Part shown: one piece after another, positions 25,604-34,479 of the stretch
Numbering within the stretch: position 1 is the stretch's first letter
How the letters are laid out: each line of letters opens with the position of its first letter
Source of the DNA: a virus
Lineage: Duplodnaviria > Caudoviricetes
Virus record (IMG/VR): IMGVR_UViG_3300037258_000793
Coordinates: 1 to 50,610 of that record
Reading direction: 5' to 3' (one strand)
DNA length: 50,610 nucleotides
Made by a program: the position numbers and the translations under genes
Notes under the pieces: model-generated
What the model saw: only the letters and a program-made list of their open reading frames with translations
The model's database searches: none
Told to the model about the DNA's origin: nothing

Positions 25604-26746
25604 CTATCCGACGCGCAGGTTCGTGCGCGGCCGGTGGCGGGTGGAGAACGAGCCGCGCGCCACGTCCCGGGCGCCGCGCTCGTTCACGGTTCGGGGCAGC
25701 CGGTTCGCCTGGCGCACGAGCCGATCGGTCGCGCCGAGCCGGGCACGGCGCGAGTCGTAGTCCGACCAGCCGCGCGCCACACTGCGCTCGGCCTCCCGGC
25801 GCAGCGCCGCGGGCACCATGACGTTGCCGGCAGCCAAGATCCGCAGACGGCACCGGCAGTTCGGATGCCGGGGCGGTCCCATCAGCGGCATCCCGGGCGG
25901 CCAGACCAGCGGCGCCGAGCCCGGCTTGCCGAACGTCGCGTCCTCGTCGAACCCGTCACCGCTGTTCGGATCGATCACACGGCCGGACAGGGCCAGACAG
26001 GTCAGGCAGGCGCCACGCTCGGCGACCCACACGACCCGCAACCCGTTGTCGACCAGCGGCGTGCGGCCGTTGGACGACAGGGGCGGCTGCGCGGCCATGA
26101 CGCTACGGTTCGGTAGGTTCTCGGCGAGCGGCGCGCGCTCGACGGTGGCGGGCGGCGCCGGCCGCGGTGGGGGCGTGAGGGTGACGATCTGCACTGCCGT
26201 CTGGTTGACCGCCCGGTTCGTGACGGCGCGCACCTGCCGCTCGACCCGCGAGGTCACTCCTGCGGCCCGGCCGGCGACCGCTTCGAGATCCTTGGCGGAC
26301 GCGAGTGGTCCGCCCGCGGCCCGCCGGACGGTCTCGACGGCGGCGGCCAGGACCTGCTGCGCGGCGGCGCCGGCGCCGGACAGGACCGGGTCACGCTCCA
26401 GCTGCCGGCGCACGTCCTGCGCAGTGACGCCGAGGGTGGGCAGCAGCCGCTTCTCCTGGTCGAGCGCGAGCGAGATCCCCGCGGCCACGGCCGCCGCCGT
26501 GTGGCCCGCGAGGCTGACGGCCAAGGCGGCGATGGCCGCGTTCAGCCTGTCCCGCGCCGCTTCCTGCTGGGCTGCGGTCAGCTGACCGTCGGCGGCGAGC
26601 TTCGCCTTGGCCGCCTCGGCGAGCGCGAGCGCGATCAGGCGCCCCACCGCCTTGCGCAGCACGCGGGTGACCTTGCGGGCGCTGGCCAGCTCCAGGGCGA
26701 GCGCCTCGGCGTCGACCTGGTCGCGGTCGTCCAGGAGCGTGGCCAC
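25604..26746 (-). CDS. Minor capsid / MuF-like head morphogenesis protein
   Basis: WVAERGACLTC...PPRHPNCRCR motif; follows the portal. Confidence 0.85.
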   Translation of the reverse strand: MATLLDDRDQVDAEALALELASARKVTRVLRKAVGRLIALALAEAAKAKLAADGQLTAAQQEAARDRLNAAIAALAVSLAGHTAAAVAAGISLALDQEKRLLPTLGVTAQDVRRQLERDPVLSGAGAAAQQVLAAAVETVRRAAGGPLASAKDLEAVAGRAAGVTSRVERQVRAVTNRAVNQTAVQIVTLTPPPRPAPPATVERAPLAENLPNRSVMAAQPPLSSNGRTPLVDNGLRVVWVAERGACLTCLALSGRVIDPNSGDGFDEDATFGKPGSAPLVWPPGMPLMGPPRHPNCRCRLRILAAGNVMVPAALRREAERSVARGWSDYDSRRARLGATDRLVRQANRLPRTVNERGARDVARGSFSTRHRPRTNLRVG

Positions 26747-26749
26747 CGG

Positions 26750-28852
26750 CTACCGGTCCTGTGGCGGGATCGGGTCCATCGGCGGGGTGCCGGGCGGCAG
26801 CTGCTGCGCGAACCCGGGCGGCAGGCCCGGGCCGGCGTCCTCCGGACGCAGCGGACCGCCCGCGGGCAGCGCCGGGAATCCGCTGGGGCCCGGCTCGGGT
26901 TCGTCGTCCTCGTCGTCGGCTTCGAGCATGGCCCGTGGGATCTCCGGCAGCAGGTCGCCGAACAGCTCGACGACGATCGCGTTCGCGCCCTCCTCGCTGA
27001 TGATGTTCATGCCGGCGGCCAGGCCTAGCTGCTGGAGCCCGGCGGTGATCTGCCCGAACATGCCGATCTTGCGCGACAGGCTGTTCTCCTGCTGCTTGTC
27101 GGCGAACCAGGCGCTCACTTCCGCCTCGTCGAAGCCGGCTTGGACCCAGGCGACGATCTCCGGCATCCCGTTGGCGATCTTCGCGGCGATGGCCTGCTGG
27201 GTGAGAAGATCCGCTTGCGCCGCGTACATCTTGGCGCGGCCCTGCTGGTATTCGGCCTCGGCGAACACTGTCGAGTAGGTCGCGGCCCACTCCTGCGCCT
27301 GGGCCTCGGGGACGCCGGCCTCCATGAACGCCACGTCCCGCGGCACGCCGAGGCTGATTTTTTTCTCGACGAGGTTCCAGACCTCCATGAGGTCGTTGGT
27401 CACCGGGTTCGCCCACGACACCGTGACGCGCGCAGTGATGTTGAGGACCGCCAGGGCGAACTCGTACGCGGCCTGCCACGCGCCGGCGAACAGCGCCATC
27501 CGGTCCAGGACCTTGCGCACAAGCGGCTCTTCGGCGATCTTCAGCGCCTCGCCGGACGGCATTGTCGTGCCCAGGCCGGCGAATTTCCACAACGGCGTGT
27601 TCGTGGCGGTGGAGATCAGGTTCGCGAACTTATTGATCGGCTCAATCAGCGTGCTGACATCGGCGGTGGCGAACTGGCCGACCGACCGGAAATTCTTGAA
27701 AAGCTGGATCGAGCCAGGGTTGGCCTCCCACTCCGACCCCGTCTCGTTGCTGATCGCGCCCGCGTTGACCGTCGTGGTCGACAGGGCCTCTTCGGCGTAG
27801 TCGTGATCCCAGTCCGCCGGCGAGTGTTCAGCGAACGGGTCTTCCCGCACGCTCTGATTGCCGAGCGAATCGGCTTCCTGCAATGCCCAGCGCTGCGGAT
27901 AGGCGGAGAAGGACATCGTGGTCATCAAGATCTCGACGGACTGCGACAGGCCGGCCTGCTCGGCCCACGCGTTGCGGTGCTCCGGCTTGCCGAAGTCGAC
28001 GTCGGTGCGCAGGTGGAAGACCGGGACCCGTCCGTATGGGTTCGGCATCGGCCACGATGCGGCCGGCGCGGTGTCGCCGTCCGGGTCGTCGCCCGAGCCC
28101 GGGTAGTCGTTGTCGCCGTCCTGGTCCGGATCGATGTACCGGCGGAAGTCAGCGGCCTTCTTCTGCTTCGTGCCCTCGTTGCTGATCCACTTTTCGATGC
28201 GGTCCGGGTAGAACAAGTTCATGCGGATGCGCTCTTTGCGGTCCTTGTCGGACTGCATCCACATCTGCGCGAAGAACAGCTTCCGCCTGGGGTTCTCCGG
28301 GTCGTAGAACATCCTGCAAAACCTCGGGTCGCCGTAGGTAATGTTCACCCCGAGCGGCGTGGCCACGTCCTGCACGTCGATGTCGCCGGACAGCTCCGGC
28401 GCCGCGTCCGGCGGCACGTTCTGGTCAGGCCAGACGATGATGTAGGCGTCCCCGTCCCGCAACGCCTTGCGGTTCCACGTGCGGTACCGCACATCGAGCT
28501 CGTTCTCCTTGATGACCCGGCCAAGCAGGTTCGTCGCCGAGTCGGACGCCGCGGAGTCGGACGCCTGCCCGGCCGACGCGGTCACCGAGGTGATCAGGAG
28601 TCGGTCGTTCACCGCGTCGATCACCGGCGAGCACAGGTTCGGGTCGAACTCGATGTCCGCCTGCCGCAGCGTGCGGCCCTCGCGGGAGAGGGTGAACCGC
28701 TCCCAGATGTTGATCGAGTCGTACTCCTCGGCGTGCTCGTACCCTTCGAGCGCCTCGCTGATCTCGTCGAGCACGAGCTCGATGTCCGTGTTCGGCGCGT
28801 CGTCGATCCACGGCCCGTAGCTCGGGACGGTGTAGTCGCCGGTCAGCGGCAC
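26750..28852 (-). CDS. Portal protein (SPP1 gp6-like)
   Basis: NLCSPVIDAVNDRL, GDAYIIVWP, NPYGRVPVFH, AYPQRW, PSGEALK motifs. Confidence 0.93.
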   Translation of the reverse strand: MPLTGDYTVPSYGPWIDDAPNTDIELVLDEISEALEGYEHAEEYDSINIWERFTLSREGRTLRQADIEFDPNLCSPVIDAVNDRLLITSVTASAGQASDSAASDSATNLLGRVIKENELDVRYRTWNRKALRDGDAYIIVWPDQNVPPDAAPELSGDIDVQDVATPLGVNITYGDPRFCRMFYDPENPRRKLFFAQMWMQSDKDRKERIRMNLFYPDRIEKWISNEGTKQKKAADFRRYIDPDQDGDNDYPGSGDDPDGDTAPAASWPMPNPYGRVPVFHLRTDVDFGKPEHRNAWAEQAGLSQSVEILMTTMSFSAYPQRWALQEADSLGNQSVREDPFAEHSPADWDHDYAEEALSTTTVNAGAISNETGSEWEANPGSIQLFKNFRSVGQFATADVSTLIEPINKFANLISTATNTPLWKFAGLGTTMPSGEALKIAEEPLVRKVLDRMALFAGAWQAAYEFALAVLNITARVTVSWANPVTNDLMEVWNLVEKKISLGVPRDVAFMEAGVPEAQAQEWAATYSTVFAEAEYQQGRAKMYAAQADLLTQQAIAAKIANGMPEIVAWVQAGFDEAEVSAWFADKQQENSLSRKIGMFGQITAGLQQLGLAAGMNIISEEGANAIVVELFGDLLPEIPRAMLEADDEDDEPEPGPSGFPALPAGGPLRPEDAGPGLPPGFAQQLPPGTPPMDPIPPQDR

Positions 28853-28865
28853 GTCGGTTCCCCCT

Positions 28866-30428
28866 TCATCGGTACGAGAATTGATGGACGAGGGCTTTGT
28901 CGCGCCGGGCGTCGGCGGACTTCAGGATGATCGCGGCGAGGTGCTCGACCCCGGCGGAGGCGGCGTCGAGGATGTCCTCGTGCAGCACGTTCGGGTAGGC
29001 GCGCTGCTGCTTCTCCAGCGCGGGCAGCGGCTTGGCGTGGGCGACGCGGCCGCCGCGGCGCTGGTACGCGGCAAGGCAGCGCTTGATCCGGACCGGTTTC
29101 GGCTCCTTCTGCGTGAAGGTGCGCATCCGGACCGGCAGATTGTTCAGCTCCATGTACCAGAGGTCGCCGCCCTGGTTGGCCTCGACGAGCACATAGTCGA
29201 CGTCGTATTCGAGGATGAGCTCGATGATGCGGGCGCGCCGCGGCTCGCCGGTCAGCCGCAGCCCGATCGCTTCGAGGACGAACAGCTTGCGGTCGTTCAG
29301 GTCGAGGCCGACGATCGCGACACCGGTCTCGTCCGAGGTGGGCTTGGCGGTTACCGCACCGTCGATGACCATGACGACGCGGGCGTAGGCCGGCCGCGAG
29401 TCGTAGCGGATGTCGCCGGGCTGCCACCAGCCGCCGTTGCCGGTGGGCTGGTTGGCCATGTTCAGCTGGAAGCTGTCGGTGCCCTCGATCGAGATCAGGT
29501 AGGCGATCGTCCAGCGCTGCGGCCACAGCGACACCCGCGTGCCGTCCGGCTGGTCGATGATCGCGTGGTAGTAGTGGACGCGCACCTTCTCCTCGCGCGG
29601 CCACTGCGGTGAGTCCGGGTCGGTGGCCTGCCGTACCAGGTCGTGGATGATCGAGCCGTCCATGGTGGTGGTGCCGACGAACCACAGGACGGCGTTGAGG
29701 TTCATCGGCATCAGGGCATTGCGGACGGTGGCGAGGCGCTTTTCCTTCTCGTGCTCCGAGTAGTTCGAGGCGTCCGGCTCGATGTCGTCCAGGATGATCT
29801 CGTCCGGGCGCTGCTCGCCGATCTTCGCGCCGAGCGTCGAGGAGTCGATGCCGCGGGCGGTGAACGCGACGCCGGAGGCGGCGATGTAGACGTCCTGCCG
29901 GTCGGCGACGGGCATGCCGTTCGGGCGCCGCTTGGCGGCGCACAGCTTCGGAAAGTCCCGGCGCAGCCGCGAGTTCTCGTCGAGCTCTCTCTTCAGGGAC
30001 GCGAGGTGTCCCTCGGCCTGGGTCGCCGTGTTGGCGAACGCGGCGATGTACTTGCGGTGCCGGTAGGCCAGCGCCCACAGCGGCAGGATCAGGAACGCCC
30101 ACGTCGACTTGCCGGAGCCGCGCGGGGCGACCCAGGCGTCGCGGCACTCGGCCGGCCCGATGTCGCGCCGGATCCATTGGCGGGCCGAGCGGCACAGGTC
30201 GATGTGGAACTGCGAGATGGAGATCTGGCCGCCGGTCTCGTCGCAGGACAGGTGGTGGCGCAGGTAGATGATCGCGAACAGCAGCGGGTCGACGCGGCAC
30301 AGCGACCTGCGCGCCCGGTCCGTGGTCAGCTGCGCGGTGCTGTAGCGCAGCAGGTACGCGGCCCAGGTCCAGCTGGCGGGGTCGATGTCGGCGAGGTAGT
30401 CGTCGACGGCCTCAGTCGCTGTCGCCAC
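28866..30428 (-). CDS. Terminase large subunit
   Basis: Walker A APRGSGKST, Walker B IILDDIE, nuclease motifs VEANQGG and HEDILDA; GTG 30428. Confidence 0.95.
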   Translation of the reverse strand: MATATEAVDDYLADIDPASWTWAAYLLRYSTAQLTTDRARRSLCRVDPLLFAIIYLRHHLSCDETGGQISISQFHIDLCRSARQWIRRDIGPAECRDAWVAPRGSGKSTWAFLILPLWALAYRHRKYIAAFANTATQAEGHLASLKRELDENSRLRRDFPKLCAAKRRPNGMPVADRQDVYIAASGVAFTARGIDSSTLGAKIGEQRPDEIILDDIEPDASNYSEHEKEKRLATVRNALMPMNLNAVLWFVGTTTMDGSIIHDLVRQATDPDSPQWPREEKVRVHYYHAIIDQPDGTRVSLWPQRWTIAYLISIEGTDSFQLNMANQPTGNGGWWQPGDIRYDSRPAYARVVMVIDGAVTAKPTSDETGVAIVGLDLNDRKLFVLEAIGLRLTGEPRRARIIELILEYDVDYVLVEANQGGDLWYMELNNLPVRMRTFTQKEPKPVRIKRCLAAYQRRGGRVAHAKPLPALEKQQRAYPNVLHEDILDAASAGVEHLAAIILKSADARRDKALVHQFSYR

Positions 30429-30879
30429 CGTAGATCTTCCGCATCTCGCCAGCGACGATCTGCTCGGCCTCGCGCACGAGCTGCTCCATCTCGCTGTCCC
30501 CGGCGCCGGTGGGCTCGATTTCGAGCGGCTGCCCGTCGAGGTCGAAGAGCCTGCGCATGGACTCGCAGACCTTCCGGCCCGCGTTGATCGAGGGGACGTC
30601 GCCGGTCTCAATGCCCGGCATCAGGGACTCCCACATCAGTTCCAGGCGTGCGAACTCGCGGGCCCGCAGCTGGCTGACGGCCTTGACCGGGACGTCGCGT
30701 AGGACGCGCTGCACGGCCCGGTAGGCGTTGCCGCGGGAAGCGAACCCGAGCTCCTCGGCGATCTCGTCGTAGGAGAGGCCTTGCTCAAGTAGGCGGGCCG
30801 CTTCGGTGTCGCGTTCGACGGTGGTGATGCTGCGCTGGAAGCGCGCATTGCGGTCGCGGGAGTGCGCCTGTTCAGCCAC
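30412..30879 (-). CDS. Terminase small subunit (HTH)
   Basis: GLSYDEIAEELGFASRGNAYRAV HTH; directly upstream of TerL; RBS GGGAGG. Confidence 0.8.
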   Translation of the reverse strand: MAEQAHSRDRNARFQRSITTVERDTEAARLLEQGLSYDEIAEELGFASRGNAYRAVQRVLRDVPVKAVSQLRAREFARLELMWESLMPGIETGDVPSINAGRKVCESMRRLFDLDGQPLEIEPTGAGDSEMEQLVREAEQIVAGEMRKIYGGDSD

Positions 30880-30942
30880 GGTGCCCCTCCCTGACCACTG
30901 CGTCTGTAACCGTCGTCATGGTCACGAAGGTACAGCAGTTTT

Positions 30943-30958
30943 TCGAACGTATGTACTA
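30943..30958. promoter_or_regulatory. LexA/SOS-like box (2 mismatches) between the divergent terS and glycosyltransferase genes
   Basis: TCGAAC-GTAT-GTACTA overlapping a -10-like TACCGT 7 nt before ATG 30969. Confidence 0.55.
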
Positions 30959-30968
30959 CCGTTACGGC

Positions 30969-32006
30969 ATGGATCGAACAGCCGCCGACGGGAAGCCTCC
31001 GCTGGTGGTCGGCGGATGGCTCGCCGACAACGAAGGCGTCGGCTACTACCGCATCCGCGTCCCGCTCGACGCGCTGGAGCAGCGCGGCCACCACGTCGAG
31101 TACCGCGGAGACATGCCCTGGCGGCACGGCAAGCGGCCGCCGACGCATGTCCTGGTCGGGCAGCGCGTCTCGAACCCGGGGCCGTCGCGCCGGTGGCTGT
31201 ACTCGCGCGGTGAGGTGCGCCGGGTGTTCGAGCTGGACGACGATCTGCTCAACGTCGACCCGACCAGCGCGGCAGCCCGCCACTACTACGCCGATGCGCG
31301 GCGGCGCGCCCGCGTGCTGGCCAACATCCGGTCGGCGGACGCGGTGACCGTCTCGACCGAGTACCTCGCGCGCGTGGTCCAGGCCGAGTACGGCGTCCAG
31401 GCGCCGGTGTACGTGCTGCCGAACTGCCTCGAGGCCCGCGCGCTAGAACTGGCGCCGGTCGACCAGGCCGGGACGGTGTCGGTCGGCTGGTGGGGCAGCT
31501 CGACGCACCGCGGGGACTTCGAGCAGATGCGCGGCCCGCTGCGCGCCTGGTTCACCGCGCATCCCGAGGTGGCGCTGGTGATGGGTGGCGCGGACTACGG
31601 GCCGCTGCTCGGCGTCGACGCCGCGGTGCGGCCGTGGCGGCCGATCTGGCGCGACCCGGGCGCGTACATGGCGGGGATCGACGTGCAGATCGGGCTCGCA
31701 CCCCTGCGGAACACGCAGTTCAACCGGTGCAAGAGCCCGCTCAAGGCACTGGAGTACGGGGCGCGCGGCATCCCGGTGATCGCCTCCGACGTCGAGCCCT
31801 ACCGCGGGTTCGTGCGGCACGGCGAGACCGGGTTCCTCATCGAGCACGACCGCGAATGGCCGGACGCGCTCGACGCCCTGGTGAAAGACACGGACCTGCG
31901 CGCGCGAATGGGCGCCGCGGCCCGGAAGCAGGCGGCCGACTGGCTGATCGACGACCACATCCACCTCTGGGAGGCCGCATACCGCGGCGAAGGAGAAGAG
32001 AACTGA
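30969..32006 (+). CDS. Glycosyltransferase, GT-B fold (GT4-like)
   Basis: GVGYYRIRVP, FELDDD, TVSTEYLA, FNRCKSPLKALEYGARGIPVIASD. Confidence 0.92.
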   Translation: MDRTAADGKPPLVVGGWLADNEGVGYYRIRVPLDALEQRGHHVEYRGDMPWRHGKRPPTHVLVGQRVSNPGPSRRWLYSRGEVRRVFELDDDLLNVDPTSAAARHYYADARRRARVLANIRSADAVTVSTEYLARVVQAEYGVQAPVYVLPNCLEARALELAPVDQAGTVSVGWWGSSTHRGDFEQMRGPLRAWFTAHPEVALVMGGADYGPLLGVDAAVRPWRPIWRDPGAYMAGIDVQIGLAPLRNTQFNRCKSPLKALEYGARGIPVIASDVEPYRGFVRHGETGFLIEHDREWPDALDALVKDTDLRARMGAAARKQAADWLIDDHIHLWEAAYRGEGEEN

Positions 32007-32007
32007 G

Positions 32008-32535
32008 ATGCCGTACTCGTCAGGCCAGGGCAAGATGTGGCTGCTCACCCGGATCCGCGATCTGCAACCGCGCAGCATCCTGGACATCGGGGCCGGCTCC
32101 GGCACCTACTGGGACCTTCTAGGGTCCTACCTGCCGGACTGCCAGTTCACCGCGGTCGAGGTGCACGAGCCGTACGTCGACCAGTTCCGGCTGGGCAGCA
32201 AGTACAACCACGTGATCGTCGGCGACGCCCGGACCACCGAGCTGCCGGAGGCGGACGTGGTGATCCTCGGCGACGTGCTCGAGCACATGCGGTTCGGCGA
32301 CGCGAAGGCGCTGTGGACCCGGTGCCGGCAGGCGGCGCGGACGGCGGTGTTCCTGTCGCTGCCGATCGTCGAGTGGCCGCAGGGCCCCGTCGACGGGAAC
32401 GAGCACGAGGCCCACGTCCACCACTGGTCGTACGGGGCGGTGACGGCGCATCTGGAGGGGATCCGGGACTCGCACGCCTATCAGGCGATCGGCGTGTTCC
32501 AGGCCGGTCCGCTGGCGCAGGACGACGCGCTGTGA
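32008..32535 (+). CDS. Class I SAM-dependent methyltransferase
   Basis: ILDIGAGSG motif I; ILGDVLEHM. Confidence 0.92.
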   Translation: MPYSSGQGKMWLLTRIRDLQPRSILDIGAGSGTYWDLLGSYLPDCQFTAVEVHEPYVDQFRLGSKYNHVIVGDARTTELPEADVVILGDVLEHMRFGDAKALWTRCRQAARTAVFLSLPIVEWPQGPVDGNEHEAHVHHWSYGAVTAHLEGIRDSHAYQAIGVFQAGPLAQDDAL

Positions 32536-33152
32536 GGCCGGGGGTCACGGTCGTCATCCCGACGCATGCGGGCCGGGAGGACGTGTACGACCTGGCGGTG
32601 CGCAGCGTCGGGGCGCAGGAGCTGCTGCCGCTCGGCGGGATCGAGGCGGTGGCCGACTTGGAGCACGCTGGCGCGGCGGCGACGCGCGACCGCGGTCTGC
32701 AGGCGGTCCGCACCGAGTGGACGGCGTTCCTCGACAGCGACGACGTGCTCTATCCACAGCACCTGGCCGTGCTGATGAACGGCGCGCGCGAGCACCGCGC
32801 GGACTACGTGTTCACTTATTTCGACGTGATCGACCGGCTCGGCCGGGTCCAGCGCGGCGCCGACCCGCTGCGCCTGTTCGGCACGCCGTTCGATCCGGAG
32901 CGGCCGACGCAGACGACGATCACGGTGCTGGTGCGGACCGACCTCGCGCAGGAGGTCGGGTTTCAGGCGCCGGAGGCGGGCGCGATGATCGACGGGCAGG
33001 TCGCCGGCGAGGACTGGCGGTTCACCTTGGGCTGTCTCGCCGCGGGCGCCAAGATCGTGCATGTGCCGGAGCGGACGTGGGGCTGGCGGCACTGGGGTCG
33101 CAGCGCGCCGGGGCGGCCGGGCAACACGAGCGGTCGGGCGGACCGCTGGTAA
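32532..33152 (+). CDS. Glycosyltransferase family 2 (GT-A)
   Basis: VTVVIPT, AATRDRGL, AFLDSDD, GEDW; GTG overlaps the methyltransferase stop. Confidence 0.9.
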   Translation: MRPGVTVVIPTHAGREDVYDLAVRSVGAQELLPLGGIEAVADLEHAGAAATRDRGLQAVRTEWTAFLDSDDVLYPQHLAVLMNGAREHRADYVFTYFDVIDRLGRVQRGADPLRLFGTPFDPERPTQTTITVLVRTDLAQEVGFQAPEAGAMIDGQVAGEDWRFTLGCLAAGAKIVHVPERTWGWRHWGRSAPGRPGNTSGRADRW

Positions 33153-33160
33153 CCGGGCTT

Positions 33161-33176
33161 TCGCTCATGCGTTCGA
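33161..33176. promoter_or_regulatory. LexA/SOS-like box upstream of the tRNA gene
   Basis: TCGCTC-ATGC-GTTCGA (reverse strand TCGAAC-N4-GAGCGA) just upstream of a -10-like TACCCT. Confidence 0.55.
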
Positions 33177-33195
33177 TCCGAGTACCCTCGACGGC

Positions 33196-33270
33196 AGCAG
33201 AGTGGAGCAGTTCGGTCAGCTCGCTGGGCCCATAACCCAGAGGTCGCCGGTTCGAATCCGGCCTCTGCCA
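33196..33270 (+). tRNA. tRNA-Met(CAT), initiator type; CCA not encoded
   Basis: Cloverleaf: acceptor GCAGAG/CTCTGC with A1:C72 mismatch, D-stem GAGC/GCTC (A11:U24), anticodon stem CTGGG/CCCAG with 3 G:C pairs, CAT at 33231-33233, T-arm GCCGG-TTCGAAT-CCGGC. Confidence 0.93.
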
Positions 33271-33307
33271 CGAGTCCGGGGCCGCTTACTGTCCGGCGGC
33301 GGCCTAC

Positions 33308-33721
33308 TCAGCGCCTGACAGACGGCGTCAGCGGGCCCCAGTGCTGCCACGCCCACTCGAAAGTGCAGGTCTCGCCGTCCTCGCCGTCCTCGACGAGCAT
33401 CGGCATGCCGCCAGAGCGGCCGGTCACGCGGTAGTAGCGGCCATCGCGGTCGATCAGCCACGACCCCTGCTGGAGCACCTGCCCGACACGGCGCTTCTCG
33501 GCGCGCGCCTCGGTGCCGGGCGCGTCGAAGGCGTGGATTCTTTCCCAGCGGTTCGTGCCACCGGCCGGGTTGTAGCGGCTCACGTGCAGCACTCCGGGCA
33601 GCCCGAGGCGCGTGCTGCGCGTGAAGCGGTACAGGGTTCCGCGGATCGTGCGCTCCCAGACGAGGTTCGGCCGGTCGCCGCTGATGATCGTGCGGTCGGT
33701 GGTTTCGCGGCTATCGGTCAT
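33308..33721 (-). CDS. Hypothetical protein
   Basis: ATGA-coupled to the upstream gene; ends WAWQHWGPLTP. Confidence 0.7.
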   Translation of the reverse strand: MTDSRETTDRTIISGDRPNLVWERTIRGTLYRFTRSTRLGLPGVLHVSRYNPAGGTNRWERIHAFDAPGTEARAEKRRVGQVLQQGSWLIDRDGRYYRVTGRSGGMPMLVEDGEDGETCTFEWAWQHWGPLTPSVRR

Positions 33722-33927
33722 CGCACTGCCTCGGTCGTCTGGTTGGTGAGGTGCTGGATGAGGGTGTCGCGGTGCTGCTCGGCGAGGGCCAGGAGCGCGA
33801 GTTCGAGCTCGGAGGTGGTGACGCGTTTGCCGCGGGCGATGGTCATCTCGGCGCAGAGGTTGCGCAGCTGCTTGGCGGCGTCCTGGGTGAGGTTGACGGA
33901 GATGTAGCGGTCGGTGTCTCTCGGCAT
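33718..33927 (-). CDS. Small ribbon-helix-helix-like DNA-binding protein
   Basis: YISVNLTQDAAKQLRNL...VTTSELELALL strand-helix-helix pattern; ATG 33927. Confidence 0.55.
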   Translation of the reverse strand: MPRDTDRYISVNLTQDAAKQLRNLCAEMTIARGKRVTTSELELALLALAEQHRDTLIQHLTNQTTEAVR

Positions 33928-33930
33928 GTC

Positions 33931-33991
33931 ACAAGAGTACCGCAAATTCGGTACGGGACAAGTCTTGTGTAGTTGCGGTACATGCGGTACA
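33931..33991. promoter_or_regulatory. Operator cluster between divergent small genes
   Basis: GTACCGCAA 33937 inverted with TTGCGGTAC 33973; tandem TGCGGTACA x2; TCGGTAC 33948. Confidence 0.6.
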
Positions 33992-34031
33992 TTGAAGTTG
34001 TCGGCAGGGAACGGCAACGAAGGAGACCAGG

Positions 34032-34424
34032 ATGATGACCGAGACCCACAACACCGAGATCCGCGCCATCGAGCTCGAGCGCAGCCCGGAGCGCGCCGAG
34101 TACGCCGCCGGCGACCTGCACCTGATCGTCGAGCAGACCGCCGACAGCCTCGGCGCGCGACTGCGCCGCGACGCCCACATGTACGACATCTACATCCCGA
34201 TGGCGGACGTGCTCGACCTCGCGAACCGCCCCGTGCACCTGGTGCAGGCCGCGCTGATCGCCCTGGAGGCGCGCGGAGAGATCGGACTCGAGATCAGCCT
34301 CGACGAGGAGGAGGAGCCGAACAACGGCCCGTTCTGGGCCAGCGTCCCGGACCGCGACATGGAGACCGGCACGGCAACGGTCGGTATCGAGCCGGTCCTG
34401 ATCAGCCACGTCTATGTGATCTGA
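34032..34424 (+). CDS. Acidic hypothetical protein
   Basis: RBS AAGGAG; followed by a strong hairpin. Confidence 0.8.
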   Translation: MMTETHNTEIRAIELERSPERAEYAAGDLHLIVEQTADSLGARLRRDAHMYDIYIPMADVLDLANRPVHLVQAALIALEARGEIGLEISLDEEEEPNNGPFWASVPDRDMETGTATVGIEPVLISHVYVI

Positions 34425-34437
34425 GCGCGGCAGCAGA

Positions 34438-34464
34438 AGGCCCCCAGGACCATCCTGGGGGCCT
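34438..34464. terminator. Hairpin between convergent genes
   Basis: AGGCCCCCAGGA-cca-TCCTGGGGGCCT, perfect 12-bp stem. Confidence 0.75.
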
Positions 34465-34479
34465 CTTCGCTGCGCGCAC

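Noticed and set aside
30918-30968. Annotated upstream start of the glycosyltransferase at 30918
   Set aside because: This stretch holds the SOS-like box and -10-like hexamer; ATG 30969 is the more plausible, probably leaderless, start.
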